Shown: positions 39,344 through 48,490, counted from the stretch's first letter. The stretch: 64,000 nucleotides of DNA from Patescibacteria group bacterium (GCA_038063815.1 JBBTUJ010000002.1:6511-70510); one strand, 5' to 3'. The notes: generated by a model from the letters alone, not told the origin. Program-made: numbers and translations.

Positions 39344-40060
39344 ATGCTACAGGGTAAAACTGTATTGATTTCAGGCTCTTCACGGGGAATTGGAGCTGCT
39401 ACTGCACGTTTAGCAAAAGAATACGGGGCAGAGGTTATTCTTCATGGGAAAACCGAAAGCCCTGAACTTGTATCTCTTGGTAAAGAACTCGGTGCTTCGT
39501 ACATACTGTGCGATGTTGCAAATGAGAGCGAAGTGTCTGAGGCGTTCAGGAAAATCTCTCACCTGGACGTATTGGTGAATTGTGCGGGAATCACCAATCC
39601 AAAGTCCTTTGCGGAAAGTACCGAAGAAGATTGGCTTAACGTATTTCGGATAAATGTTCTTGGAACAGTTAATTTTTGCAAAGCAGCATTACCACTGTTT
39701 CAAAAACAAGGTACTGGACGTATTGTAAACATCGCCTCTATTCGCGGGTATGGAATTATTTCTGGCCGTGCCGCCTATTCAACCTCGAAAGCCGCTATTA
39801 TCAATCTTACGTGTACACTTGCAAAAGAGTATGCGCCCGCTATTGCTGTAAATGCGATAGCCCCAGGTTTTACCAATACCGATATGGCCAAGACATGGGA
39901 TGAGGGAGTGTGGAAGCAAGTTCGATCAGCATTGCTTGAGCGTATCGGGGAACCCAAAGAGATCGCGGAAGCCATTTGTTTTTTGGGTAGTGAGAAAGCC
40001 AGCTTTATCACCGGCCAAACCCTTTTGGTAGATGGGGGCTACAGTATTGCAGGTAAATAG
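39344..40060 (+). CDS. SDR-family oxidoreductase (FabG-like)
   Basis: GSSRGIG cofactor motif, NCAG, catalytic YSTSKAA. Confidence 0.8.
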   Translation: MLQGKTVLISGSSRGIGAATARLAKEYGAEVILHGKTESPELVSLGKELGASYILCDVANESEVSEAFRKISHLDVLVNCAGITNPKSFAESTEEDWLNVFRINVLGTVNFCKAALPLFQKQGTGRIVNIASIRGYGIISGRAAYSTSKAAIINLTCTLAKEYAPAIAVNAIAPGFTNTDMAKTWDEGVWKQVRSALLERIGEPKEIAEAICFLGSEKASFITGQTLLVDGGYSIAGK

Positions 40061-40090
40061 GTTCCAATATCGCCCCACGCAACTAACAAT

Positions 40091-40645
40091 ATGAAATCTC
40101 ACACATATTACGTTCATCGTCTGATACGAGACCTCTGGGTCGTCCTCCTCTCAATCGTGCTCGCGGTCATTCTGGTGCGAACGGGAGCGCTTCAGACGCT
40201 TATCAATGCTGCGGAAGGGGCGCATATCCTTGGGAGTTTTCTTGCAGGTATCTTTTTTACGAGCGGGTTCACGATAGCACCGGCATCGGTCGCTCTTCTT
40301 GAGATTGCAAAGACAACGCCGCCACTCCTGGTTGCCTTGTGGGGTGCTATCGGTGCAACAGTGGGGGATCTCATCATATTCTTCTTTATACGTGATGCAT
40401 TTGTTGATGACCTCGTGGGGGCATTCAAGACATCACATACAGTCGCGGGTATCCTTTCCCACCTCCACTTCGCACTTTTGCGCTGGGTACTTCCCATCAT
40501 TGGAGCGATTATCATCGCGTCACCTCTTCCCGACGAACTCGGTCTCGCGTGTCTTGGGGTATCAAAGATACGGATTCGCTACCTCATCCCTCTTGCGTTT
40601 GTTTTTAATTTTATCGGTATCATTGTGATCACGCTTTTTGTGTAG
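40091..40645 (+). CDS. Hypothetical polytopic membrane protein
   Basis: Five to six TM helices. The first 17 nt duplicate the leader upstream of the SDR gene. Confidence 0.5.
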   Translation: MKSHTYYVHRLIRDLWVVLLSIVLAVILVRTGALQTLINAAEGAHILGSFLAGIFFTSGFTIAPASVALLEIAKTTPPLLVALWGAIGATVGDLIIFFFIRDAFVDDLVGAFKTSHTVAGILSHLHFALLRWVLPIIGAIIIASPLPDELGLACLGVSKIRIRYLIPLAFVFNFIGIIVITLFV

Positions 40646-40770
40646 CGCATGAATCCCGTTAAAAGCCGCGGTCGCGATACGTTAATTAAGAAACCACGTG
40701 ACATTCAGAACATTAACAAAAAGTAACTTGCAGATGAGCAGAAGAGAGACCGCGACCTGCTTCTAACGGG

Positions 40771-41088
40771 ATGAAAACATTCAGTGAACGCGTTGTAGAG
40801 ATTGCACTTTCGATACCGCCCGGTAAGGTAACGACATACGGCCGAATCGCGATCGCGGCTGGTGGAGGAGGAATGGCCGCACAAAGCATCACCACGATTC
40901 TTTCCAAAGCATACGATGCGGGGGCACACGCAATCCCTTTTCATAGGATTGTCTACGCGGATGGCCACATCTGGATTGATACAAAACACCGCAAAGAGCG
41001 GATGAAGATGTATACAAAAGAGGGAATTGAGATAGACAAAAACGATAGAATCACAAATTTCAGAGACGTTTTATTGGAGTTTGCGTAG
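40771..41088 (+). CDS. Alkyltransferase-like protein (MGMT DNA-binding fold lacking the catalytic Cys)
   Basis: YGRIA HTH, with IPFHRIV where MGMT has PCHRV. Phe replaces the acceptor Cys, as in ATL proteins. Confidence 0.6.
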   Translation: MKTFSERVVEIALSIPPGKVTTYGRIAIAAGGGGMAAQSITTILSKAYDAGAHAIPFHRIVYADGHIWIDTKHRKERMKMYTKEGIEIDKNDRITNFRDVLLEFA

Positions 41089-41131
41089 AACAAAAAAGAC
41101 AAGACCTTGATTGCTCTGTTATACTCTTTGT

Positions 41132-41386
41132 ATGGATACCCTTTTAAAAGCGGACATCTTCTTTGTCGTCGCGACAGTTGCGCTCGTGGTGATTGCGATT
41201 GTGCTTTGTGTGGCCCTTTTGTATCTTATTCGCATCTTGCGAACCGCAGCGTTCCTTTCAGAAAGGATAAAAGAACAGGCACTTCATATTGAAGAGACAC
41301 TTGCTCGTCAGCCGATTATCCGATTGTTCATGAAGTCGCCCCGAAAGAAATCCACAGGGACAAAGAAAAAGGAGGAAACAAAGTAA
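41132..41386 (+). CDS. Hypothetical small membrane protein with a Lys-rich tail
   Basis: One TM helix. Internal Met chosen as start (MDTLLKADIFFVV...). Confidence 0.35.
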   Translation: MDTLLKADIFFVVATVALVVIAIVLCVALLYLIRILRTAAFLSERIKEQALHIEETLARQPIIRLFMKSPRKKSTGTKKKEETK

Positions 41387-41442
41387 TTCCTTTGTGTAGG
41401 TCAGAAGTTCATTTTTAACCATACGTAACACATAAAAGATAT

Positions 41443-41865
41443 ATGACGAAAAAAGCATCTTCGAGTAATAAGGCAGAGAAGACCCTGGCGATAAGCGCAG
41501 GTGTTGCGGCTTTGGCAGCTGCTTCATACTACCTCTTTGGTCCCCACGGGAAACAACACCGAAAGAAGGCACAGGGGTGGATGATTAAAATGAAAGGAGA
41601 AGTGATTGAGCAGTTAGAGAATCTCAAAGAAGTGAGCGAGCCGGTGTACCGCGACATTGTTGAGTCGGTTGCGGCGCGATATGTAAAAAACGGGAAAATC
41701 TCCCGAGCCGAAGTAAACGTGCTCGCAAAAGATTTGAAGGGAATGTGGCGTGGAATCGCCTCAAAGCAAAAAAGGTCGGCAGGGGTGAAAAAGGTTAAGC
41801 GAGCCATTAAACGGGCGGTGCGCACATCAGGGCGTTCACCTCAACGACGAGCAGCCTCGAAATAA
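41443..41865 (+). CDS. Hypothetical YtxH-like protein (N-terminal TM, basic C-terminus)
   Basis: Architecture only. Confidence 0.4.
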   Translation: MTKKASSSNKAEKTLAISAGVAALAAASYYLFGPHGKQHRKKAQGWMIKMKGEVIEQLENLKEVSEPVYRDIVESVAARYVKNGKISRAEVNVLAKDLKGMWRGIASKQKRSAGVKKVKRAIKRAVRTSGRSPQRRAASK

Positions 41866-41888
41866 TACTTACCAGTAACGTCCTCTTT

Positions 41889-42041
41889 ATGCTTACCACA
41901 ATCGGTGTTATTCTAATTGTACTGTGGCTTTTGGGAGTTGTTGGTGTCTTTACAATAGGCAATTTCATCCACATACTTCTTGTTGTCGCAGTTGTCATGT
42001 TTCTTATTCGCATTATTCAGGGGAAAAACCCATTAAAATAA
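41889..42041 (+). CDS. Lmo0937-family small membrane protein (50 aa)
   Basis: MLTTIGVILIVLWLLGVVGVFTIGNFIHILLVVAVVMFLIRIIQGKNPLK matches the Lmo0937 family pattern. Below the ORF-track cutoff. Confidence 0.45.
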   Translation: MLTTIGVILIVLWLLGVVGVFTIGNFIHILLVVAVVMFLIRIIQGKNPLK

Positions 42042-42056
42042 AATTAGACATTCTCT

Positions 42057-42242
42057 ATGCAAGAACAAACAAGCAACACAAACACGATTCTTATCGTCAT
42101 TGTGCTCATTCTCATCGTTGGATTTGGCGTTTGGTGGTACCAGAAGTCAAACAACACTGACACTGTGCCGGAGGACAATGGAGGCGGTATCAACATCGAT
42201 ATCGACGGAGGGGACGACGCAGCTCCTGCGCCAACAAACTAA
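42057..42242 (+). CDS. Hypothetical small membrane protein
   Basis: One TM helix, acidic Gly/Asp-rich tail. Confidence 0.35.
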   Translation: MQEQTSNTNTILIVIVLILIVGFGVWWYQKSNNTDTVPEDNGGGINIDIDGGDDAAPAPTN

Positions 42243-42261
42243 TCAGGTACACGGAAGATAC

Positions 42262-42298
42262 AAACAAACACCTCGCTACGTCGAGGTGTTTGTTTTGT
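42262..42298 (+). terminator. Rho-independent terminator (aaacaaacacctcg...cgaggtgtttgtttt)
   Basis: 13-bp stem plus a T-run. Confidence 0.55.
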
Positions 42299-42309
42299 TA
42301 TAGTGGTGT

Positions 42310-42975
42310 ATGGATGAAACCTCTGTTCCCCCTCTGTCACGGCGCACGATGCATTCAGCGCTTCTCGGGATTGCGATTCTCTCTGCACTTGTTGCGGTGA
42401 ATACGCTCTACATCTCGCTTTCGTCTGAACGATATCTGTATACCGACGTAAATACGGTCCCTGAATATGCGGCAGGACTTCTTCTGGGAACATCGCGCCG
42501 ATCAATCGGTGGAGAGTTGAGTCAGTTCTTCGATAATCGTATCAATGCGGCCGTGGCGCTCTACAGGGCAGGGAAGATTAAGGAAATCGTTGTGAGCGGA
42601 GACAACAGCACAAAGTACTACAACGAGCCCGTTGCCATGCAAAAAACGCTTCTTGAGCGCGGCATTCCCGAGGAGGACATACATCTTGATTATGCAGGAT
42701 TCAATACATACGACTCAATTGCGCGAATGTACCACATTTTCGGTCAAACAGAGTTCTTGATTATCTCGCAGAGATTCCATAGTGAACGCGCCGTTTTCAT
42801 TGCTCATTCGCTCGAACTTCCTGCGGCCGCGTTTACTGCAACACCGGTCGAAGGCATGATAGGATTTAGAGCAAACGTCAGAGAAATCGGGGCGCGTATC
42901 AAGATGTGGTTTGACGTCTTTCCGCGTCGTGAGCCGAAGTTTTTGGGCGAAACAATCGATATTGAAGCACAATGA
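42310..42975 (+). CDS. SanA/YdcF (DUF218) family protein
   Basis: N-terminal TM, with VVSGDNSTKYYNEP and ISQRFHSERA regions typical of DUF218. Confidence 0.75.
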   Translation: MDETSVPPLSRRTMHSALLGIAILSALVAVNTLYISLSSERYLYTDVNTVPEYAAGLLLGTSRRSIGGELSQFFDNRINAAVALYRAGKIKEIVVSGDNSTKYYNEPVAMQKTLLERGIPEEDIHLDYAGFNTYDSIARMYHIFGQTEFLIISQRFHSERAVFIAHSLELPAAAFTATPVEGMIGFRANVREIGARIKMWFDVFPRREPKFLGETIDIEAQ

Positions 42976-43436
42976 ACTACCTACAGCATCTTCTTTATTT
43001 TTGCGTACTCGGCGTCGTTGCGTTCCTTTTTCATTTCGTATGGGAATCGTCCCACGTCACGGCTCTGTATGGTGGATATGAGAACCTCGGCGGGGGAGTG
43101 CCTATCACGCTCTGGGCCGCATTTGGGGATGTCCTCTACACATTTCTTGCTGTGGGGATAGTGTCTCTTTGTGCTCGCGGCATATCGTGGGTGCGGAATA
43201 TCTCTCTCGCTTCATTTCTCGGTCTCGCGCTCATGGGACTCCTCATTTCTCTTTGTGTTGAATACCGAGCACTCGCACTTCACCGTTGGTTCTACCTTCC
43301 CGCGATGCCGATCATTCCGTATTTCAAAGTCGGCCTCTCTCCGGTCTTACAGATGATACTTTTACTTCCTTTAAGCATCCTTATAGCGAATCATGTTTAT
43401 AAGGTGATATGCAGGAAACAGGAAGTAGGTCTATAA
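42972..43436 (+). CDS. Hypothetical membrane protein
   Basis: Four TM helices. Confidence 0.45.
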   Translation: MNYLQHLLYFCVLGVVAFLFHFVWESSHVTALYGGYENLGGGVPITLWAAFGDVLYTFLAVGIVSLCARGISWVRNISLASFLGLALMGLLISLCVEYRALALHRWFYLPAMPIIPYFKVGLSPVLQMILLLPLSILIANHVYKVICRKQEVGL

Positions 43437-43448
43437 TTAGCTGTCAAT

Positions 43449-43628
43449 ATGGATCAAGAGATTAAAACACAAGAAATACAGGTGGACAAAAAATCTCACG
43501 TACTCCTCTGGGTCTTTTTTCTTATTGTGTTAATTTCTGGTGTTTGTATTATCTGGCGATTTCTTGTGGCAAAACAATATACAGTTATTGAGGACCCCGC
43601 GGACATGTCCACTTCTATCGAGGAGTAA
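43449..43628 (+). CDS. Hypothetical 59-aa membrane protein
   Basis: ATG start, one TM helix. Below the ORF-track cutoff. Confidence 0.3.
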   Translation: MDQEIKTQEIQVDKKSHVLLWVFFLIVLISGVCIIWRFLVAKQYTVIEDPADMSTSIEE

Positions 43629-43683
43629 TTATTGTGCCAGACTTTTTTCGTGCTGTACTAATAAACAGAAAGGGAGAGTTCTT

Positions 43684-44277
43684 ATGAATATATACGCAAC
43701 ACTAGGGATTGTCGCAGGAGCTCTGACGATTATTGAGTATGTCTACTACGGCTGGACGATCGTGAAGGGAGAAACCAAACCTTCACGTGCGACATGGTTC
43801 ATTTGGGCGGCTCTTACCATTCTCATCGCTTTTTCATATGATGCGGCGGGGGGAGAGGAAACCGTTTGGGTTCCATACGCAGCAGCCATAGGAACTTTTC
43901 TCATTGCAATCCTTAGTGTTCGCTATGGAGTCGGAGGATGGCAACCTATCGACAAAGTAGCAATAGTGATTGCTTTTCTTTGCCTTCCACTTTGGTTTCT
44001 CGCCGGGCCGGCCTGGGTACTTCTTGTCACGCTTGTGGTTGATGTGGCAGGCATCGTCCCCACTCTTTACAAGACCTATCAGCATCCAACACAAGAAAGT
44101 GGTATTGCGTGGGGGATGAACTTGGTGGGGTCGTTTCTTAACATTGCAGCTCTGGGAGCCATTGCAACATGGAGCTTTAGCGAAGCCCTGTATCCTTTCT
44201 ACATGCTCCTCATCAACGGGGCGGTTTTCTTCTTGATTGTCCGGCGAGATGTTTTGCCCACCCGGCTGCGTTTTTGA
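43684..44277 (+). CDS. Hypothetical polytopic membrane protein
   Basis: AGGGAGAG SD. Start moved to the ATG at 43684 (MNIYATLG...). Six TM helices. Confidence 0.5.
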   Translation: MNIYATLGIVAGALTIIEYVYYGWTIVKGETKPSRATWFIWAALTILIAFSYDAAGGEETVWVPYAAAIGTFLIAILSVRYGVGGWQPIDKVAIVIAFLCLPLWFLAGPAWVLLVTLVVDVAGIVPTLYKTYQHPTQESGIAWGMNLVGSFLNIAALGAIATWSFSEALYPFYMLLINGAVFFLIVRRDVLPTRLRF

Positions 44278-44687
44278 GAAGTCTTTTTTGGTTCCCGGAG
44301 TGCTGACTTTGTGTAACCCAAACGTTTAAAATAGGTGTTATCAAATTCGTTATAATTACAAAACAGTTCTTCACCGAGCTGAATATCTCGCATCGCGATA
44401 TCACGTTGCGGAGTTGACTTGATGTTTCGATGTTTAAAAGAGTGGTTTATGAATCGCTGGTCATCAGAAGGTAAAATGAGTTTTTTTAGTTTCTTATCGT
44501 AATATGCATACCATAATATTTGTCGTTGGCCGTGAGAGGACATTTTGGCCAAGTCTTTCTCGGTGTATCCAATGTCAAACTTTGGGTCATATTGCCACGT
44601 AACAGTACCCTTCGGAACAAACTGATCAGCAAACAGACCTACACCATGAACACCACTGGGACCAAGTTTTGCCTTTATACGTAACAT
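44199..44687 (-). CDS. SET-domain protein (paralog 1, degenerate NHS motif)
   Basis: GVHGVGLFA ... INHSFKHRN ... GEELFCNYNEF. The 3-prime end overlaps the convergent membrane gene by 79 nt. Confidence 0.6.
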   Translation of the reverse strand: MLRIKAKLGPSGVHGVGLFADQFVPKGTVTWQYDPKFDIGYTEKDLAKMSSHGQRQILWYAYYDKKLKKLILPSDDQRFINHSFKHRNIKSTPQRDIAMRDIQLGEELFCNYNEFDNTYFKRLGYTKSALREPKKTSQKRSRVGKTSRRTIKKKTAPLMRSM

Positions 44688-44744
44688 GCAGAATTTTTAA
44701 CTAGTGCTATAGTTAATACTATAACATTTCTTACGGATATATCT

Positions 44745-46409
44745 ATGCTTCCTGCAATTTGTGATTTTGAAGGTGCCCATTGGTTGCTGTTTTCTGGCAA
44801 CGTTCCACCGCTTGTCTACTATTCTCACTTCTCAGTTCTGATTTTGTCCCTTGCCCTTGCTGTTTTTATATACATGAGCAATAAGGCTCGACTACAGAAT
44901 AAGATTTTTGCAGGAACTCTTGTTTTATTTGCCGCATGGGTATTTTTGGACTCTATTTTTTGGGCGACAAATCGAAGCGATGTGATTATGTTCGCGTGGG
45001 CAACGATTATTTTAATCGAACCACTTATTTATGCGGGTTCAGTATATTTCTTATATGTAGCAAGCCACGGGATAGATATGCCACTAAGAGGAAAGATTTT
45101 TATTGCCGTACTTCTTCTTCCGATCATGCTCGCGGCCTCAACGGATTACACACTTTCAGGGTTTAACCTAACAACCTGTCTAAGTGAAGAAGGTTTTTTT
45201 GCCGTTCAGTACATTTATCCCCTCGAACTCATCCTTACTCTCACGGCTATAGTTATTGGGTTGGGAGCAGCAAAAAGAGCGAAAGATCCTGCAGATAAAA
45301 AACGAGTTCGCTTGTTAACAGTGGGGATTTTCTGCTTCCTCCTTGCATTTGGATGGGGGAATATTACGGGCAGTTTTACTGAAAACTGGCAACTAGGTCA
45401 GTTTGGTCTGATCGGAATGCCCATTGCTGCTATTTTCCTCGCATATGCAATTGTGCAATATCAAGCATTTCAAATAAAAGTTGCTGCTACGAACATACTT
45501 GTTGCGGCGTTATGGATACTTCTTTTATCTCTTCTCTTCATCAATAACCTTTCTATAATGCGTGTCATTGTGGCAGTGACATTTTTTGCGTCGCTGCCCC
45601 TCGGGGTTCTTTTGGTGAGGAGTGTTAAAAGGGTTCATCAACAAGCAGAAGAGTTGCAGGTTGCGAACGAGAAGCTTCAGGAGGAGGAAAAATTCCAATC
45701 AGAACTTCTTTCGGTCGCATCGCACCAGCTCAAAGGTCCTCTTGCGAATGTCATCGGATACAGCCAGAGTATTCTTGATGGTGATACTGGAGAGGTTCTC
45801 CCTGATACACAAAAGGCCGTTCACATCTCTCTCACAGCGGCGACAGGGGCTGTTTCGATGGTTGATGAATTCTTGAGTTTGGGACGCATCAAGCGGGGGG
45901 CGATGTTTTATGAGATGCAGGAGTGCGATACGAAGAAAATTGTCACCCAGACGCTCTTTGAGTTGCAGTTGGTTGCGGAAGTAAGGGGATTGAAGCTTTC
46001 CTCAAAGATTTCTGAAACGGATAATTTGAAGGTCGTTGCGGACGCATCCCGTCTGAAACAAGTTTTCTATATCCTTGTTGATAATGCAATCAAATACACG
46101 CCTACCGGATCAATCGAGGTGTCTCTCTCGCGAACACAAGATGCGATTGTATTTTCCGTGAAAGATACAGGGGTCGGTATCAATGATGAGGACAAGAAAC
46201 GTCTCTTTACCAAATTCGGTCGTGGAAAGGAATCATTCAAGACGAACGTGGCATCGAGCGGTCTTGGATTGTATCTCGCGAAAGAATTTGTTGCTGCACA
46301 TGGTGGCGACATCGGCGTTGAATCAGAAGGACAGCCGGGGAAGGGCTCGACGTTTTACGTAAAGATCCCGACGAATATACAGCCGGGAACAATTGGAAAC
46401 AAGGGATAA
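44745..46409 (+). CDS. Sensor histidine kinase with a 7-8-TM N-terminal sensor
   Basis: HisKA H-box SVASHQLKGPL, HATPase_c N, G1 and G2 boxes (DNAIKYT, DTGVGI, GLGL). Confidence 0.85.
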   Translation: MLPAICDFEGAHWLLFSGNVPPLVYYSHFSVLILSLALAVFIYMSNKARLQNKIFAGTLVLFAAWVFLDSIFWATNRSDVIMFAWATIILIEPLIYAGSVYFLYVASHGIDMPLRGKIFIAVLLLPIMLAASTDYTLSGFNLTTCLSEEGFFAVQYIYPLELILTLTAIVIGLGAAKRAKDPADKKRVRLLTVGIFCFLLAFGWGNITGSFTENWQLGQFGLIGMPIAAIFLAYAIVQYQAFQIKVAATNILVAALWILLLSLLFINNLSIMRVIVAVTFFASLPLGVLLVRSVKRVHQQAEELQVANEKLQEEEKFQSELLSVASHQLKGPLANVIGYSQSILDGDTGEVLPDTQKAVHISLTAATGAVSMVDEFLSLGRIKRGAMFYEMQECDTKKIVTQTLFELQLVAEVRGLKLSSKISETDNLKVVADASRLKQVFYILVDNAIKYTPTGSIEVSLSRTQDAIVFSVKDTGVGINDEDKKRLFTKFGRGKESFKTNVASSGLGLYLAKEFVAAHGGDIGVESEGQPGKGSTFYVKIPTNIQPGTIGNKG

Positions 46410-46411
46410 AT

Positions 46412-46816
46412 ATGACCCAGGATAAAAGCACTTCTTTTGTAGAAGTTAGAATCAGTAAGAAACATGGTAATGGATTGTTTGTCTTAAAAGATTTCTCGTC
46501 AGGGGAGAGGGTGTACTCTTTTTCTAAAGGTAGAATCGTTGGTCAAGGCGGGCTTAAAGATTTGTCTGCGGAGGAAAAAATGTACCTTGATAAAATAGGA
46601 GAAAATACATACGAAATTATCGAACCACCCGCACGTTACACCAACCACTCCTGTGAACCGAATATTCAAGAAAAAGAGAGGACAGGATACGCCTTGCGAG
46701 ATATTAAGATAGGTGAAGAACTTACCATCAATTATGATGAAGTTGCATATCTCGAAAAACCATTTAAATGCAGATGTGACTCCAGGAGGTGCAGAGGACT
46801 AGTTCGGGGAAAATAA
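46412..46816 (+). CDS. SET-domain protein-lysine methyltransferase-like (paralog 2, canonical motifs plus a Cys-rich post-SET)
   Basis: HGNGLFV, YTNHSCEPN, GEELTINYD, CRCDSRRCRG. Begins 2 nt after the kinase stop. Confidence 0.75.
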   Translation: MTQDKSTSFVEVRISKKHGNGLFVLKDFSSGERVYSFSKGRIVGQGGLKDLSAEEKMYLDKIGENTYEIIEPPARYTNHSCEPNIQEKERTGYALRDIKIGEELTINYDEVAYLEKPFKCRCDSRRCRGLVRGK

Positions 46817-46817
46817 T

Positions 46818-47219
46818 TTATTTCTTCGTGCCACTCTCAAGGAGGTCAAATATCTCCTCCATTACTTCTGATGGGACATGCGTTGCTTTGATGATGTATC
46901 GGTCAATCGGATACTCGCGTGATTTCTCGATATAGGTGGGATCGCTTTTATTCGTCAAAAAGACCACATATGCGTGTTCGGTGAGGCCGCGCTTTTTCAA
47001 TTCTTCGACGAGTTCAAACCCGTTCATCCCAGGCATATCGATATCAAGAACAAATGTGTCCGGTTTATATCCAGTATCAATCTTTGCCAAAGCGGCCTGC
47101 GCACTCGTCACCGTTTCAACATCAATGTTGTAGCGTTTCGCTTTTTGGGCGTAGAGATTAAGAAAAAACTGGTCGTCGTCAACGAAAAGGAGAGTGTGGC
47201 GTTTTCCTGAAGGAGGCAT
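46818..47219 (-). CDS. Single-domain response regulator (CheY-like receiver)
   Basis: LFVDDD, DIDMPGMNG and a conserved-Lys region. No output domain. Confidence 0.75.
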   Translation of the reverse strand: MPPSGKRHTLLFVDDDQFFLNLYAQKAKRYNIDVETVTSAQAALAKIDTGYKPDTFVLDIDMPGMNGFELVEELKKRGLTEHAYVVFLTNKSDPTYIEKSREYPIDRYIIKATHVPSEVMEEIFDLLESGTKK

Positions 47220-47375
47220 GGAGACAGATGTTAGGTTATAGCTTTTAGGTGATAGGTCTTGGAACAAGCAAATATAGAGAAAAGTATATCATACGGCTAT
47301 CCTTTGCACTTACAGCGATTGCTCTCTATACTATTTCTATACACCGAAAGCTACAAGCTATAACCTAGTTTTTAC

Positions 47376-48017
47376 ATGCACATAATGAAACAGGCACGTT
47401 TGGATCAGCTTGCAGACGGCATCTTCGCAATCGTCATGACGCTTTTGGCGATTGAGATTCACGTGCCGTTTCTCACTGGCACGATTACCAATGGGACTCT
47501 CTTACAATCTCTTTTTTCTCTGACGCCTCTTTTTTTGAGTTACGCACTTTCGTTTCTCCTCCTCTTTACCTATTGGCGAGGGCATCACTATATCGCGTCG
47601 GTTCTTGCGCAGAGTATCGACAACCGCCTGACGACCATAAACGCATTCTTTTTTCTGTCAGTCGGCCTTATCCCGTTCTCAACACTTCTTCTCGGACGAT
47701 ACTTCTTTACGCAAACGGCGATCGTTGCATATGGTATCAACATCATTGTAACGGGACTCCTTTTGTATTGGATGCGCCAGTACATCCTTTCTGCCCCGAC
47801 CATTGTGAATCAAGAATTAACACCGACGCTCCTGCAACATGGAACAATCCGGATTCTTTTTCCCGTGGCAGCAGCGATTGTCGCAATCGTCTTGAGTTTT
47901 GTGAGCATACAACTCTCACTCGTTCTCTTCACGCTCTGCATCCTTTTTAATCTTTCAAGCAGAAGCACGACACTCTTCCTTCGATTTTTCCCCAACAGTT
48001 TTCTTCGCAATCTGTAA
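47376..48017 (+). CDS. TMEM175/DUF1211-family membrane protein (putative K+ channel)
   Basis: RLDQLADGIFAIVMTLLAIEI signature helix and six TM helices. Confidence 0.6.
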   Translation: MHIMKQARLDQLADGIFAIVMTLLAIEIHVPFLTGTITNGTLLQSLFSLTPLFLSYALSFLLLFTYWRGHHYIASVLAQSIDNRLTTINAFFFLSVGLIPFSTLLLGRYFFTQTAIVAYGINIIVTGLLLYWMRQYILSAPTIVNQELTPTLLQHGTIRILFPVAAAIVAIVLSFVSIQLSLVLFTLCILFNLSSRSTTLFLRFFPNSFLRNL

Positions 48018-48490
48018 TGGAGACGCGAGCAATGTTTGGTGCCGGTTGTTTCTGGGGAGTCGAAGAAGTATTCCGTGTGTTTCCGGGTGTTGTAAAGACA
48101 CGTGTTGGATTTTCGGGTGGCACTGTCAAAGATCCTTCATATGCAAAAGTGTGCGAAGGGAACACGGGACATGCTGAAGTTGTTGAAATAATCTACGACC
48201 CTGGGCAAACAACCTACGAAAAATTACTGGACAGATTCTTTGAGATACACGATCCGACGCAAGTAAATCGACAAGGACCCGATGTGGGGGATCAGTATCG
48301 TTCTGTTATTTTTTACTACACCGCGGAACAAAAAGAGTCCGCAGAGAAATCAAAAGATACTCTTGCGGCATCAGGAAAGTGGCATAACCCTATTGCAACA
48401 GAGATTGCGCCCGCAGGAGAATTCTACGAAGCCGAAGAATATCATCAGCACTATTTTCTGAAAAACGGTGGCGGGACATGTCATGTCTGA
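48017..48490 (+). CDS. msrA: Peptide methionine sulfoxide reductase MsrA
   Basis: GAGCFWGVEEVF active-site motif. Confidence 0.9.
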   Translation: METRAMFGAGCFWGVEEVFRVFPGVVKTRVGFSGGTVKDPSYAKVCEGNTGHAEVVEIIYDPGQTTYEKLLDRFFEIHDPTQVNRQGPDVGDQYRSVIFYYTAEQKESAEKSKDTLAASGKWHNPIATEIAPAGEFYEAEEYHQHYFLKNGGGTCHV

